Assembly (NCBI GenBank): GCA_024679065.1
Contig: JAGIQG010000013.1
Coordinates: 76,384,001-76,448,000, forward strand
Source: Sphyrna mokarran
Taxonomy: Eukaryota
Length of the DNA stretch: 64,000 nt
Direction of reading: 5' to 3'
The translations under genes and the position numbers were made by a program. The notes beneath the pieces were generated by a model. That model was not told the origin of the DNA. It saw only the letters and a program-made list of their open reading frames with translations, and searched no databases. This document shows positions 39,634 to 53,200 of this stretch, piece after piece; the first letter of the stretch is position 1; each line of letters starts with the position of its first letter.

Positions 39634-41090
39634 GATTTGATTTATTATTGTCACATAGTTTTCACTATATGTTAATACATTATTTCTTGCGTGCTATACA
39701 GACAACGCATACTGTTCATAGTAAAGGAAATGAGAGAATGCAACTAGTGTTAGTCGTAGCTAGGGCATAGAGAAAGATTTACTTAATGTGAGGTAGGTCC
39801 ATTCAAAAATCTGATGGCATTAAGGAAGAACCTTTTCTTGAGTCAATTGGTACGTGTCCTCAGACTTTTGTATCTTCTTCCCGACAGAAGAAGATGGAAG
39901 AGAGAATGCGTGGGGTCCTTAATTCTGCTGGCTGCTTTGCCGAGGCAGTGGGAGGTGTAGACAGAGCCGATGGATGGGAGGCTGTTTTGTGTGATGGATA
40001 GGGCTACATTCAAAGAACAAAACAGCACGGGAAATAGGCCCTTCGACCCAACGAGCCGCGCCACCACCTCGATGTTCCCACTTCTACCCATGATCCCTGT
40101 CATCCCTGTCTATGTTTATAGATCTATGCATTAGAACCAAATTTGAGACAATTTAGGGAGAATTTGTTCTGCCAGTCAGCCTAAGAGCACATCTTTGGGA
40201 TGTGGGAGGAAACCGGAGCACCCGGCGAAAACCCATGCAAGCACGGGGAGAATGCACAAACTCCCACAGACACAGGCCCAAATCCATGTATCTGCACAGC
40301 ATAGCAATAGTCCCTGAGCTGTCATGTTTGCCCATCAGATGGTCCAGGTCAAGCATACACTAACGACGTGAAGCACTAGGCTACTCTCAAAATCCAAGAG
40401 CAGCCCTCTCATGACCCATCGCGTGTATGCCCCTTGTTAGACAAGGTGGACCAAAGTACCTATAGGATAAAACAAATACATCAATATTATTGACAATTTA
40501 CACACTTCCCAGGAAACTCCCAAGGTTCATGATGTCTATTTTAAATCTGTTTTCTATATCCCCCCATTCCCATTCTGTTCATGTGCCCATCTAAGTATCT
40601 TAAATAACTCCAGTGTGCCTGCCTCCACTACTTTACTTGGCAGCGCGTTCCATACCCCCACCACCCTCTGTCTGAAAAAACTCCCTCTCGTATCCAAATT
40701 ATACCTTACCCCCCTCACCCTAAGCCCATGACCCCTTGTGCTATTTGAGTCCATCCTGTTTACTCTATCTATACCCCTCATAATCTTGTACGTCTCATTA
40801 ATGACCTTCTGTAATTTCTTGTGGTCTTGGGCAGAGCAGGAGCCATACCAAGCTGAGACACAACATGAAAGAATGCTTTCTATGGTGCATCTGTAAAAGT
40901 TAATGAGCGTCATAGCTGACATGCTAAATTTCCTTTGTCTTCTGAGAAAGTAGAGGTGTTGGTGGGCTTTCTCAACTATAGTGTCAGCATGAGGGAACCA
41001 GGACAGATTGTTGGTGATCTGGACACCTAAAAACTTGAAGCTCCTGACCATTTCTACTTTATCCCCATTGATGTAGATGGGGCAAGGACT
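39634..41090 (-). mobile_element. Rex1/Babar-like LINE 3' fragment split by a CR1 insertion at about 40013-40795
   Basis: IYINGDKVEMVRSFKFLGVQITNNLSW...NFYRCTIESILS; the 3' part resumes at 40012 going down. Confidence 0.8.
40013..40795 (-). mobile_element. CR1-clade LINE 3' end with a V-SINE-derived 3' UTR
   Basis: TYKIMRGIDRV...FFRQRVVGVWNALPSKVVEAG then long UTR, V domain and CR1-type tail; a second copy lies at 63557-64000. Confidence 0.8.
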
Positions 41091-44000
41091 GGGCATTCAT
41101 GTGAAAAGTTTCTTTTTTAATCTGTTCAACAACCAGTCGTTTCACCAGCTGATAAACATGTAAATTCTGCCTGGCAGCAGTTGACATTCAAACTGAATAC
41201 TCCCACTTGTAAATAAATTGCTAAGAATCAGCCATGTTACTTAATAGAACTAGGCACATATAGGCCATACTGGGTACAGGATGCAGATTTTGTTTGCTAA
41301 AGGACATATATGAAAATGAGTTATTAATGGCAAAGTGACAGTTTCATGGTCCGTTTGGCATCAGATTTCTTTTTGAGAGTTTGAATTCATTTAATATCAG
41401 CGGATTTAAACTTAGCACCCTTAGCCCCTGCATTACCATTACAGTAATATAACCATACTGTACAGTTTAGCTGCATTTGTACAGTGATGGATCTGCCAAA
41501 TTATATTATCTGCCTGTATCGTGTTGACTATAACAAGAGTTGGCGAACTGCACGTTCTTGATTCTGATACTCTGGTTGCTGATTGGAAAATAATTGATGG
41601 GGCACTTGGCTCCTGTTAATAAAAATGGATATAGCATGGTAGTCGGGGAAATTTTATGATCTAAAAGTTTGACCCAGTATAGTAATAACCAAGCAAGAAC
41701 ACAGTTTAGAAATTGTGCAGTGCAGGTTATGTTACAGATGGACAATTGTGATGTAGTACCAGCACCAAAAAGTACATTTGAAAATTGTGGGTTTAGGTTT
41801 CAATGTGTCTTCAGCTAGTAAAGTGACACCACAGTTTGCTGTTAAAAAGCACTAACGGTGGGCTGGGTTAAAAGAGTGAATGGAATTGTTAAAAGAAAAA
41901 TCTGTTGTAACTTTTGTGACCCATTTGGGTCACTGGATCATCTGACAGGAAAGTGTTAACTGCCTTAATTTTTAGTCTGCTATTCATCTGAATGAGAAGT
42001 ATTCTATACTTGCGTGCTTTGCTCATGCTAACTGTGTTACACTAGCTTGTATTGACAGCATTGCATGCTTGCAAAAACTCAACAGAGTTGTTACACCTGC
42101 AGTCATGTGTCCCATACACTTATCTCACTACATCCCGTAATGTTCACTTAAAATTTATCAGTATAGTCTGCAGTCTGAAGAGGGTCTAACTGCTTTTATT
42201 GGACAACTTCATAGCTGAGGTCTACTTTTATTTCTCAGGCATTTCAGTTGCTTAATTGTTAATTTAAGGGGCATGGTGCCATTCTGTCAGATCACCTCAT
42301 CTTCATGAGCAGAGTTGGACACTGAGCACTGGAATGGTACTGTCAGATAATTACAGTCAAATCTAGTCCTGTCGTCAGACAACCATATGTACAGACTTCT
42401 CTGAAAACATTACTAGAAAGCAGCAATGGGAAAAATACATTTATATAACATCTTTCACGATGTCAGGATGTTTCAATGTATGTTACTACCAATGAAGTAT
42501 ATTTTTGAAGTGTAGTCACTATTGTAATGTAGGAAACACATCAGCCTGTTTGCCACAAAAAACTATGTAATAATGAGCAGATCATTAGTCATGTTAATTG
42601 ACAGCAAATAATGGGCTACAAATAACTTACTTTCTGTTCTTCGGAATAGTGCTGTGGGACCTTTTTATGCCCATCTAGAGGGTAGGCACGGCCTTGGTTT
42701 GATTCCATTTGAAAGATAGCATCTCCAACAGTGCAGTATTCCCTCAGTGCTGCACTGCAATGTCAACTTGGCTTTTCCTTTGTGCTCAAGTCTCTAGAAT
42801 GGTATTTCAACCCATGTACTTCTGATGCAGATGCCAGTGCCACCAATTGAGCAGATGATCATGATTGCCCAAATGTACTGAGGCAAATTTTGTCTCTATT
42901 AATGAAATAGGGCTGAATTCAGCTCGCTGAATGGAAAAGCAGATATTTTAATGAGATTTTTAAGCAGTTATCTTGTCAGAGATGGGCATTTGTGTGAAAA
43001 TTCCCCACATTAACATGACTGAACTTGGCTTTTTTAAAATACAATTTTTATTGTGAATTTTCAATTTATATTGGTTTGATATGCAACAGATTCCTAGATT
43101 CAGCACATTCATATTTATATATACATAGAAAAGACCAGCACAGATCAACACAAATAATTCAAAGAATCAGATATCCCAATCCCCATTGCTATAGTCAGCG
43201 CTGCCTCCTGTTCAGATATTGAAAGGACAACAGGAAAAGAGTGGGGAATCAGGGCAACAGGATATGGTCACAAAACATGGCAGTACAGGGTGCATCCCCT
43301 TTCACAGAACAACATAATAGAAACTCAAAGACCTATCAACCATGCTCAGGTTTACACCACCAATAGGAAGGAAAAGAACCTGCACTAACAAGGACAAGTA
43401 CAGGATTTCTTAAACTCAGGATAAGTAACAAAATCAAAGAAAAATACAATGTCAGTGGTTTTAATGGGGAGGGGGGGGCTTTCCTCCCTAAAATGAGGAC
43501 TTAACGCCATACCAACCATCTCTACATCTATCTGTCTATCCACCTCCCTGCTTGTCTTTTTTTTAACTAAAATAAAGGTACTGGAAAAGAATGCACTCCT
43601 TCAGTGCAAACACAAGAAATACAGGGAGCACACCAGTGGAAGAGCCACCAACAAGGACTCAAAAGACAACATCACATAAACAGGAGCAGAATTGCAAGGG
43701 AACAGAAGTTCAGGATCAGCAATGAACCGCAGGCGCACAAGCCATCCACGGAACAAGAAGATGCCGAAGTCAGTGACTAAACATCCAGGACTCGAGACTT
43801 CCGGCCCTCATATCGAGATTGCAGAAGCATGGCAGCTGGCCATCAAAATCAACTGGGAATCTCACTGCAGCTGCTCGACATATTATGCAGTGGGATTTCT
43901 AAGGATCAAAGGTGAGCCCTCACTTGAGGACTTGACTGTAAGGACCATCATCTCTGCATCTTCTTTGTACAATATCTTGCAGTTCATCGTGGTGGGCACT

Positions 44001-45117
44001 TATAACCTGTGCTGAGGAGTGGAATACATTTTCCACATTTTGTAAAAGCAATCTTCATCTTGGCAGCATCAGCACCACCTTGCTCACTGGCAACACTGCC
44101 ACTGTGAACTCGGCGATACCCAAGTCAGCTCTGATCACATCACACAAAGATTTCTTTGACTTAATTTGACTCCTTGTCATCAAAATGATTAACCAGGATC
44201 TTCATAAATATTGCACGGATTATATCAGGATCAACCAGTAGGTTGTGCCTTCGGATGAAAGAAAGGATCAAAAGATGAGTAGTGTCAGAGCTCATGAAAA
44301 CACAGCCTATCTCACGCTCACGTTTTGTGATGCCCGAATCTGCTGCTGGGCAAAGCATGGGAGATTAAATAGGAACAATGGGGGAAATTGAAATGTGGGT
44401 GCTAGTTTCCTAAGGTATAAATGTAAAGCTGTCTTATTAACCCTTCAGATGTCACAGCTGCTAACCATTCTTTCTACCTAGATTGGGAACATGAACACTT
44501 TTTGTTGGCAGTATTTGCAAGATTTAAAAAAAATCTGCTCCACAACAAAATGTGATACTGTTGTCAGAGGCAATTGGTCTGATATGAAATTTATATGGGT
44601 TGTGTACTTTGTTAATGGAACAGATAGGCATTTAATCAAGCTGAGCATCAAGTTATATAATCCAATTCTTCCTGGTCCAGTTTTCATTTCCTGTGGGTTA
44701 ATAACCAGTATTAATAGATATTATGTCTGCTTAATTCAGACAAGAACATTTTTGCAAGCAAGTGTCACATTGATATGAATTAGATTTATTTCATAAAATC
44801 ATAGAAACCCTTGCAGTGCAGAAGGAGGCCATTCAGTCTGCAACGACAACAATGCCGCCTAGGCCCTATCCACGTGATCCCACACATTTACCTCGCTAAT
44901 TCCTCTAACCTGGCATCCTGGGACACTAAGGGGCAATTTAACATGGCCAATGCATCTAACTTGCACGTCTTTGGACTGTGGGTCGGGAGAAAACCAGTGC
45001 ACCCAGAGTTTACACATGTGGACACGGCAAATTCCACACGAAGACCCAAGCTGGGAATTGAACCCAGATTTCTGGAATTGTGAAACAGCAATGCTAGCTA
45101 CTCTGGCGTCCGTAAAA

Positions 45118-45202
45118 GGCTTGCCTGGATTTGAACCTGGGCCCCTCTCAAGTTCATCAATTGAAAATCCTAAGTGAGAATCATGCCCTAGACCAACAAG
45201 CC
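45118..45202 (-). pseudogene. tRNA-Pro(AGG)-derived sequence with an anticodon-loop insertion, probably a pseudogene
   Basis: GGCTTGTTGGTCTAGGGCATGATTCTCACTTAGG-attttcaattgatgaact-TGAGAGGGGCCCAGGTTCAAATCCAGGCAAGCC followed by TTTT; aligns to vertebrate tRNA-Pro; mismatches in the T and anticodon stems. Confidence 0.75.
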
Positions 45203-45930
45203 TTCTTGTTTTAAAACACAAAGTTGTTTGATGATCCATGTGTGAGACACTGCTGTACCTTTTGGTGGAAATAAAACCAAATAATTCATTTTAAGGTTTT
45301 TAAATAAGCCATTAAAATAAAATGCTGCTACATTGCCATCTATTTGAAGATCTGTTATCTTCTGATAATGAATAGAACTTTAAGTATCAATGAGGCAGGG
45401 TAGTTTGTGTTTGTAAAATGTTTGACCAATATTTAAGCACTGTCTACAAAGGGCTAGCAACGGTCTAGATTTGTGGAAATTATTTTAAGCGGTATTTTGA
45501 GATGCCTCTCTGGTGCTTATATTGCTAGACTAATAATTTAGGAGCTATGTGTTTAGATCTCATCATGGTTGTTTGAGAAGTTGAATTTAGTTGAAAGGAA
45601 ATCAAGAAATAAAACAGGTCAGGGAAGGAAAGCCGTTGTCCTTAGTGGGCCTAGCATCTGTGACTCTAGTCTCACACTGGCATTGACTCTTGGTTGCTCT
45701 CTCAAAACCACTCCAATAAGCAGTCCAAGAGGAAAGCCCACTATAGCAGCTTAGGCAAGCAATAAATGAAAAGGGAAAAGTGACTACCTGCCTGCCATTG
45801 TCAGGTAGTCAAGTCTCCAGTTATGGTCAGATTGGCACACTGGCAAAATCTTCCCAGCTGTGTGGGCAGACCTTTTGATTAAGAGATGTGGAAGTCACTT
45901 GTTACTATTGCTTAACCCATTAAGGCTGAA

Positions 45931-47080
45931 CATAGAACACTACAGCACAAACAGGCCCTTCAGCCCACAAGTTGCGCCGATCACATCTACCAATCCACAG
46001 ACCTGTCTATAACCCCCTATCCTATTCTTTTCCATATACTCATCCAGAAGTCTCTTAAAAGACCCCAGTGAGTTTGCCTCAACAACCTCCGACGGCAGTC
46101 GGTTCCATTCACTCACCACCCTCTGAGTGAAAAACCTACCCCTGACATCTCCTTTGTATTTGCTTCCCTGCACCTTACATCTGTGTCCTCTCGTAGTGAC
46201 CATTTCAGCTCGGGGAAATAGTCTCTGAGAGTCCACCCTATCTATTCCTCTCAACATTTTATAAACCTCTATCAGGTCGCCTCTCAACCTACGTCTCTCC
46301 AACGAGAAGAGTCCCAGCTCCCTCAACCTATCTTCATAAGGCCTGCCTCCCAATCCAGGCAGCATCCTTGTAAATCTTCTCTGAACCCTCTCAATAGCCT
46401 CTACATCCTTCCTATAATGGGGCGACCAGAACTGCGCACAATACTCCAACTGGGGTTTGACAAGAGTCTTTTATAGAGCTGCATCATTACCTCCTGACTC
46501 CTAAACTCTGTTCCTCGATTAATGAAGGCCAGTACATCGTACGCCTTGACCACTTCCTCCACCTGCGAGGCCGATTTAAGAGTCCTATAGACCCGCACCC
46601 CGAGATCCTTCTGCTCTACAACACAGCTAAGACTCCTACCCCTTATATTGTACTCCTTCATCCCATTATTCCTGCCAGAATGGACCACGACACATTTATC
46701 TGCGTTGAAGTCCATCTGCCACTTCTCCGCCCAGTCTTGCATCCTGTCTGTGTCCCGCTGCAACTTTTGGCATCCCTCCAGACCATCCACAACACCACCG
46801 ATCTTTGTATCGTCGGCGAACTTACTAACCCATCCCTCCACTTCCTCATCCAGGTCATTTATGAAAATGACAAACAGCAGGGTCCCAGAACAGATCCCTG
46901 GGGCACTCCACTGGTTACCGACCTCCATGCAGAACAAGACCCATCCACAACCACACTCTGCCTTCTGCCGGCAAGCCAGTTCTGGATCCACGAGGCCAAA
47001 GCCCCTTGGATCCCATGCCCTCTCACCTTCTCCAGAAGCCTTGCATGTGGGACCTTATCAAACGCCTTACTAAAGTCCAT
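45931..47080 (-). mobile_element. Relatively young CR1 (HER1-like) LINE, 5'-truncated
   Basis: MDFSKAFDKVPH...SGVPQGSVLGP, SKFADDTKIGG, EYCAQFWSPHY...WNRLPSEVVEA; few frameshifts; CpGs retained. Confidence 0.93.
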
Positions 47081-48271
47081 AACTCAATTCCAGTTTGATT
47101 TTGAAAATATTGAAGGAATGTGCAACCTTCTTATCCCTTTTCTGCAGTGCTCTTTGTGTGAAAATTATCAGAAGCTTGCATCTCATTTCCCTTCATATTT
47201 TCAAATCTTTCTGCTGCGTTTTACTAATTGGCAATCAGCTCTTTTTATTGCACTTCTGTCTGAACTCGAACAACTTTCCCTTCTATTCACATTCCATGAT
47301 AAGAACAGTTGCAGTATTAATTGTTGGTTCCACTATTGGCTTGTCCTTTGGTTCCACCTTCTAACTGTGCAGACTCCAATTTACCTTACCAACCCTTTCT
47401 TGTTCTTGTGCTTTATATTTTATGCTGTATTCCTCACATGTTCTCATGGGTCTCATTAATTTCCTGGCCTTCCTCTGCTTTGTTTTATAGCTCTTTTTGT
47501 CATATTCCCTCTACGTTTCAGAGCTTAATCTATTGTACTTCCTCATACCGTCTGGAACTTTCATTTATATCCACATTCCTTGCCTGTTTGGTTGTTGATT
47601 TATTTCTGTAGTGAACTGTTGCAATGTTTGAGAAAGCAAAATCTCCTTAAAAATACTCAAATGTTTACTGAGCAGTTAGAGTGTCTTTGGTTTAATGTCT
47701 GCTCTATGAGATAACACCTTTGACAATGCAGATCTTGAGTGCTGCATTGAAGTGTCAATCTAGATTATAAACTGAAGTCCAAGTTTCAGAGCTTTGAACC
47801 CATGACCCTCTTGTTCAGAGATAAGAGTGCTATCACTGAGCCCATGCTAAAACTTGGTTGATGGAACTTACTAAAAATGGCAAAGTTGAATTCAAAGCAA
47901 TCTAAACCTTGGAATTCTGGCTTGTATGTTTGAAGATCTGTTGCTAAGTTTTGAGAATAGCCTATCAATTCTTTTCAAAAATTATATTTGTTAGTGCCAA
48001 AAACCATATTTTGTTTAAACCATTTAATTCTGCCTATTTTTTGTGATAATGAGGATAACCTGGGCCTTACTATATCAAATTTGATTCTAATTTTGTTTTG
48101 GCACAATTATGTGACTGATATTTTGGCTTTGAGTGTAGTTTATATACTGTGTCCAGGCACTTTCTATACCTATGTGATATAGCAACAAGTGTAAATATGA
48201 ATATATACAATTGTACGTAAGTGACATAATTTTTACACTTGCCCTTTCAACTGGTTATTTGTCGTTTACAG

Positions 48272-48361
48272 AATAAGAGAGATGAACACCTACTCAAAAA
48301 AAGAAATGTGCCGCAGGAGGAAAGTTTAGAAGACTCTGACGTGGATGGAGATTTCAAAGCT
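48272..48361 (+). CDS. KPNA3: KPNA3 exon 3 (90 nt)
   Basis: ttacag|[30 protein letters not shown]|gtaagt. Confidence 0.97.
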
Positions 48362-49766
48362 GTAAGTGATTTCCTTGATGTCATTATATGGATAATGTGT
48401 ATCAGGATTCATTTTTACCACTTAGATTTGATGTAAAAAGTACATTTTTATAAATGGTTCCTATATATCAGATAAATGTAAACCAGTGAGGGATATGACA
48501 GTGATAGTATCCAAATGTTGCCACTGATTTGATTTCTAGTTACCATTTCAGAAAAGAGACCTTGCAAAGTTGGAGGTATTAAGCTGTTTGGTAATGTAGG
48601 TGCAGATTAGTAAAAGTAGGAGAGCCTGATGATCACCAGCCCTTCATTTTAGTATTTCTAGGCTCAGAGTACTTTTTCAAGCTATAATTTAAGGTTATAC
48701 TTTAAGAACATTGTATCAAAATGCAAATCAGTAGTAATGAGAAACTTTTGGCTTTCGAAACCTTCAGTGAAAAGTGCTATATAAAATATTTTCTATTACA
48801 AATATATTAACCTTGAATTTAATAATTGGAAACACAAGATTTTCTTTAAAAATCATTTTTTGTGACTTTCTGTATAATTTTTTGAATAATCACTTTAATG
48901 TAATTTTGTTAATCAGCCACTGGTTAATCACAACACGTTTTTACGTTTACTTTTATTGAACTATACATAAGCAGGTGATCTGAACTTCTGGCACCTGTAC
49001 AGTAGCAATGCACTGATGCTGAAATATTCAACCATTTACATGATTTGATTTTGGAAATCCTGCTTTTGTCCTTTTGTTGCAAAACAGCAAAAGTTAAAGG
49101 TGGCCAGATCTGAAATGCAAGCTAAGAAATTTGTGATTAAGCTTGCACTCAAAAAAAAAAGGGTTTAGGTTTAAGTATTTTTAAAAGTCAAGCAAGAACT
49201 GAAAATCTATTAAAACATATGTGGATTTAGCTAGATAGAGTAAAATGTTGTATCACTGTTACTATTTTAAAAGAAAAGAGTACCATTTTGACCAATTTAA
49301 GTTGGATTTGGATTTTCATTTATAAAGATGACTGGTGAATAGGAAGAGTTGAATTTAGTTGTCGGTAATCGTTAACAATGTTGTTCGAAACTTTGAAAAT
49401 GCCATAAAGGGCAGTTTTCTTTTAAACTGCTTACATAATGAAGAAAGAATTTCCCATGATATTTGGTTCATCAGTTCTGTTTCTGCAGCAAACACTGACA
49501 GGTCAACACAAATGTTGAGTAAAAAATTTATAATACAGTTCATTTATTACAATAATATTTTAGCTATCAGTGTAGCTTTCAGAACACTAGAATCATATGG
49601 TGGATAGACTTACAGACTGCTAGTTATTGTCATTGTTAAGCTATGGGTATAGACAAATCACAATAATATGTGGATACAACAGTATAATACAGCACTTTAT
49701 TCTTGGCTACTTTAAAATTATGATGCCTAAACAATTGCCTTCTAATTTTGCTTTTTTCTTTTCTAG

Positions 49767-49796
49767 CAAAATATAACCTTAGATGCTATTCTTCAG
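49767..49796 (+). CDS. KPNA3: KPNA3 exon 4 (30 nt)
   Basis: ttctag|QNITLDAILQ|gtaaga. Confidence 0.94.
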
Positions 49797-50446
49797 GTAA
49801 GAAAGCTGTTAACTGAAATTTTGAAACCTAAAAATGTGCTGCTGTTTTCCAAATTGACTTTTTAAATTGTTTCAGTGACAATAAATGTTTAATTTTTATA
49901 TTGCACTGTGAATGTAAAGTAAGACATTTTGCTTGCAAGTTGTTTATTCTGTAATGTGGAGCAAATTACATGCAGCACAGTAGATACTTGGAATGATTGC
50001 AAGACAGGAATTCTGTTGAATGACTCAGTTAGTTTTTGTAAAGAGCATGAAGAAAGTTTGAGCAATTGAAAGCCTAATATCTGACCTCAGGACAAGATTG
50101 GTTGCACCATTCTGGTAGTGCAACATTGTTTTGGTAATTTATGCACTTTAGAAAGTGCATGAGCAATGATGAATCATGTAATTTTTGGCTTTGTCCTGGA
50201 GCTTTTCGTTAATGTGATAAAATGGTACAGACACTCTCCATAACCATCATTTCTTCATACCAGATTGCTATTCTCATCACAAGGAGTTGTTTCTTTCAGT
50301 TTAGCTACAAGTTGATTAACACTGAAATACTAAATTGACCAAACTATATGGCTAGTGACTGTAATATATCAGAGTGCCCTCTTTCACACCTTGCAACCAA
50401 TGGGCTTTACTCAATTTATAGGAGTGTAAAATACAGTTGGATTGAC

Positions 50447-50745
50447 AGGGTGGCACATTGGTTAGCATGACTGCCTCACTGCACCAGGTATCCAGTTTGA
50501 TTCAGGACGTGGGTGGCTGTATGTGTGGAGTTTGCACTTCCTCCTCATGTCTATGTGGGCTTCCTCCCACAATCCAAAGATATACAGGTCAAGTGGATTG
50601 GCTACGCTAAATTGTCCCCTAGTGTTCAAAGATATGTAGATTAGGTGGACAGGGTTAATGGCCTGGATGGGATGCTGTTTCGGAGAGTCGGTGCAGACTT
50701 GACTGGCCAAATGCCGCCTTTCTACACTGCAAGGATTCTATGATT
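50447..50745 (+). mobile_element. HE1-like V-SINE with CR1-type tail (also about 4795-5050 -, 44790-45110 -)
   Basis: tRNA head, V domain, tail GGTGCAGACTTGACTGGCCAAATG...GATTCTATGATT. Confidence 0.85.
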
Positions 50746-51894
50746 TCAACACCAGTCTTAAAATCTAAGGCCTGGTCAACTTTGACTTTTTATCAGATTC
50801 TCTCTGCATTTCTGAAATCTATTTTTGGTCCTGTTCATGGTGGCTTCAAATATAAAATGTTCATTGTATGCATGTTATATGAGCAGTGGCTACGTGTTAT
50901 AGTAAGCATCTTCCTATTTGAATATAAGTACTGATGAATGGTATCACCAGTAGGACAGGCTTTCACAAGGCATCTGTATAAACTAGCTGCCTCCAGTTCT
51001 GAGTCCATGCTGCACTGTATTTCAATGTTTTATAAGTAAAGAAGATTGAATATCACAATGCATTTGACAACTTTTTTGTGACCAACTTACTACACTGTGG
51101 AGTACAGTCTTGTGAGGCAGTATAATTCAGTGTCACGTTTGCACAAAAGCACACTTAGTGATTCTTAAAATTCCATAATATTGAGGAAATTTACTCCTGT
51201 TTAAGAAAAGGCTAATTAGTTTTTTTTGCAAGGTGTCAGTAGAAATCTAATCTTATTAGATGAGACAGTCGTGTGGCCAGATCACTCACTGGATAGCACT
51301 GCACAGTTGAGCGACTGTGATGAAAGGCAGTAAAGCTGACCATTTCAGCTGTCTATTATTGGAATGATTTTGGCCTCTATCAAAGTTCAGACTGTCATAA
51401 CTTAATCTATGATTGGGAATCTTCTTTTAAAAATGGGGTTTGCTTGTGAAAAAAATCAACAGCATTTTGCGTACTTTGCATTCCACCCTTAATACTTGCC
51501 AGTCAGACAAACGCAACTATAAACTGAATGTGTTGTTTGTCTTAAGTCATACTTTAAGAGGTTCTCCATTACTAACTTCTGAAATGGAGTGCATGAATTA
51601 ATTGCAGTGTCTAAAATCTTGGTGTCATACTACTGTTACATCACAGCTTAATAGTTAAAAAATCAAAACTGTCAAATTCTTTATCTATTTATGTGCAGAA
51701 AATCTTTACAATGGTTCTCCGTAAAGGAAAGAAATGTATTTAGAATTTGTAATATTCTTCAGCAGGTGCATAGGATTCAGAGCATTCTCACTGGCTTACG
51801 TTTCTTAGGAAAATCCTCAGATATGTGCCAAGTCTCCTCTTAAATGGTTATTTCCCTTACCACCATTTTATTGCAATGCAAAAATCCAAATATT

Positions 51895-53200
51895 TACATA
51901 GAATATAGAGGTTGTTGGAATAGAGTTAAGAGATAAATCAGGAGGGCAAAAAGGGGATATGATATTCCTTTGGTAGATAAGGCAGAAGAGAATCCAAAGA
52001 GCTTCTGCAAGTGCTTAAAAGATAAGAGTAACTAGGGAGAAAGTAAGGCCTCTTAAGGATCAACACAATCATCTTTAAGTAAATCCACAAGAGTTGGGTG
52101 AGATTCTAAATTAATATTTCTCATTGATACTTATTGTTGAGAAAGGCATGGATATTAAGGAACTTGGGGAAATAAATAATGATATCTTAAGACTGTACAT
52201 AGGTGCTGGAAATCTTAAAGTGTGTCAAGGTAGATAAATTCCCAGGATCTGATGAAATGCATCCCAGGGTGTTGTGGAGGCTGGAGAGGAAATTGTTTTT
52301 TTTCAAACTGGAAACCTGAGACCAGTGGTTTGCCTCAGGGATTGTGCTGGGTCCACTGCTCTTTGTTGTTTATTTGGATGAGAATTTAAGCATGGTTAAT
52401 AAGTTTGCAGATGACACCAAAATTAGTGGCATAGTGGACATGAATAAGGTTATCTAGGATTGGAGTAGGGCCTTGTTGGGCCAGTGGGCCAAAGAAAAGC
52501 AGGTGGAGTTTAATTTGGATAAATGTAACATGATGTGTTTTTGGTAGCTCAAATCAGGGCAGAACCTATTTAGTTAACATTAGGGCATTGGAGAGAGTTA
52601 TAGAACAAAGATCTAGGAGTGCAGGTTCACAGCTCCTTGAAAGCAGAATCACAGGTGGACAGAGTGGTGAAAAAGGCATTTGACATTTGCCACATTTGGC
52701 CCATATCCTTCTATAGCCAGCTTACCCATGTAACTGTCTAAATGCTTTTTAAAAGACAAAATTATATTTGCCTCTACTGTTGCCTTTCCAAGTTCATCGC
52801 AGACTCTCACCACCCTGTGAAAAAAGTGCCCTCCCAGACTCTTTTGTATCTCTTCTCTCTCACCTTAAACCCACGTCTGCTCGTTTTAGACTCCCCTACC
52901 TTTGAGAGGAGATGTTGACTACCTAGCTGATCTATGTCCCTCATTATTTTATTGACCTCTATGAGATCACCCCCTACGCCTCCTATGCTACGGGGAAAAA
53001 AGTCCCAGTCTATCCAGCCCCTCCTTATAACTCAAGCATCCGAGTAAATCTTTTCTGCACTTTCTAGTTTAATAATATCCTTTCTATAGTCGGGTGACCG
53101 GAACTGTACACAGTATTCCAGGTGTGGCCTTACTAATGTCTTGGACAACTTCAACAAAACTTCCTAACTCCTGTATTCATTGTTCTGATCAATGAAATCA
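51895..53200. mobile_element. CR1 LINE fragment with an internal inversion (plus 51895-52690, minus 52690-53200)
   Basis: KFADDTKI-coding segment on plus; EYCVQFRSP / RRRGDLIEV-coding segment on minus. Confidence 0.75.

Noticed and set aside
40554-41096. 180-aa ORF as a novel gene
   Set aside because: Chance in-frame fusion of a Rex1 RT fragment and an inserted CR1 ORF2 end
43025-44380. Possible L1-like ORF1 remnant with tail on the minus strand
   Set aside because: Too degenerate to assign from the sequence alone
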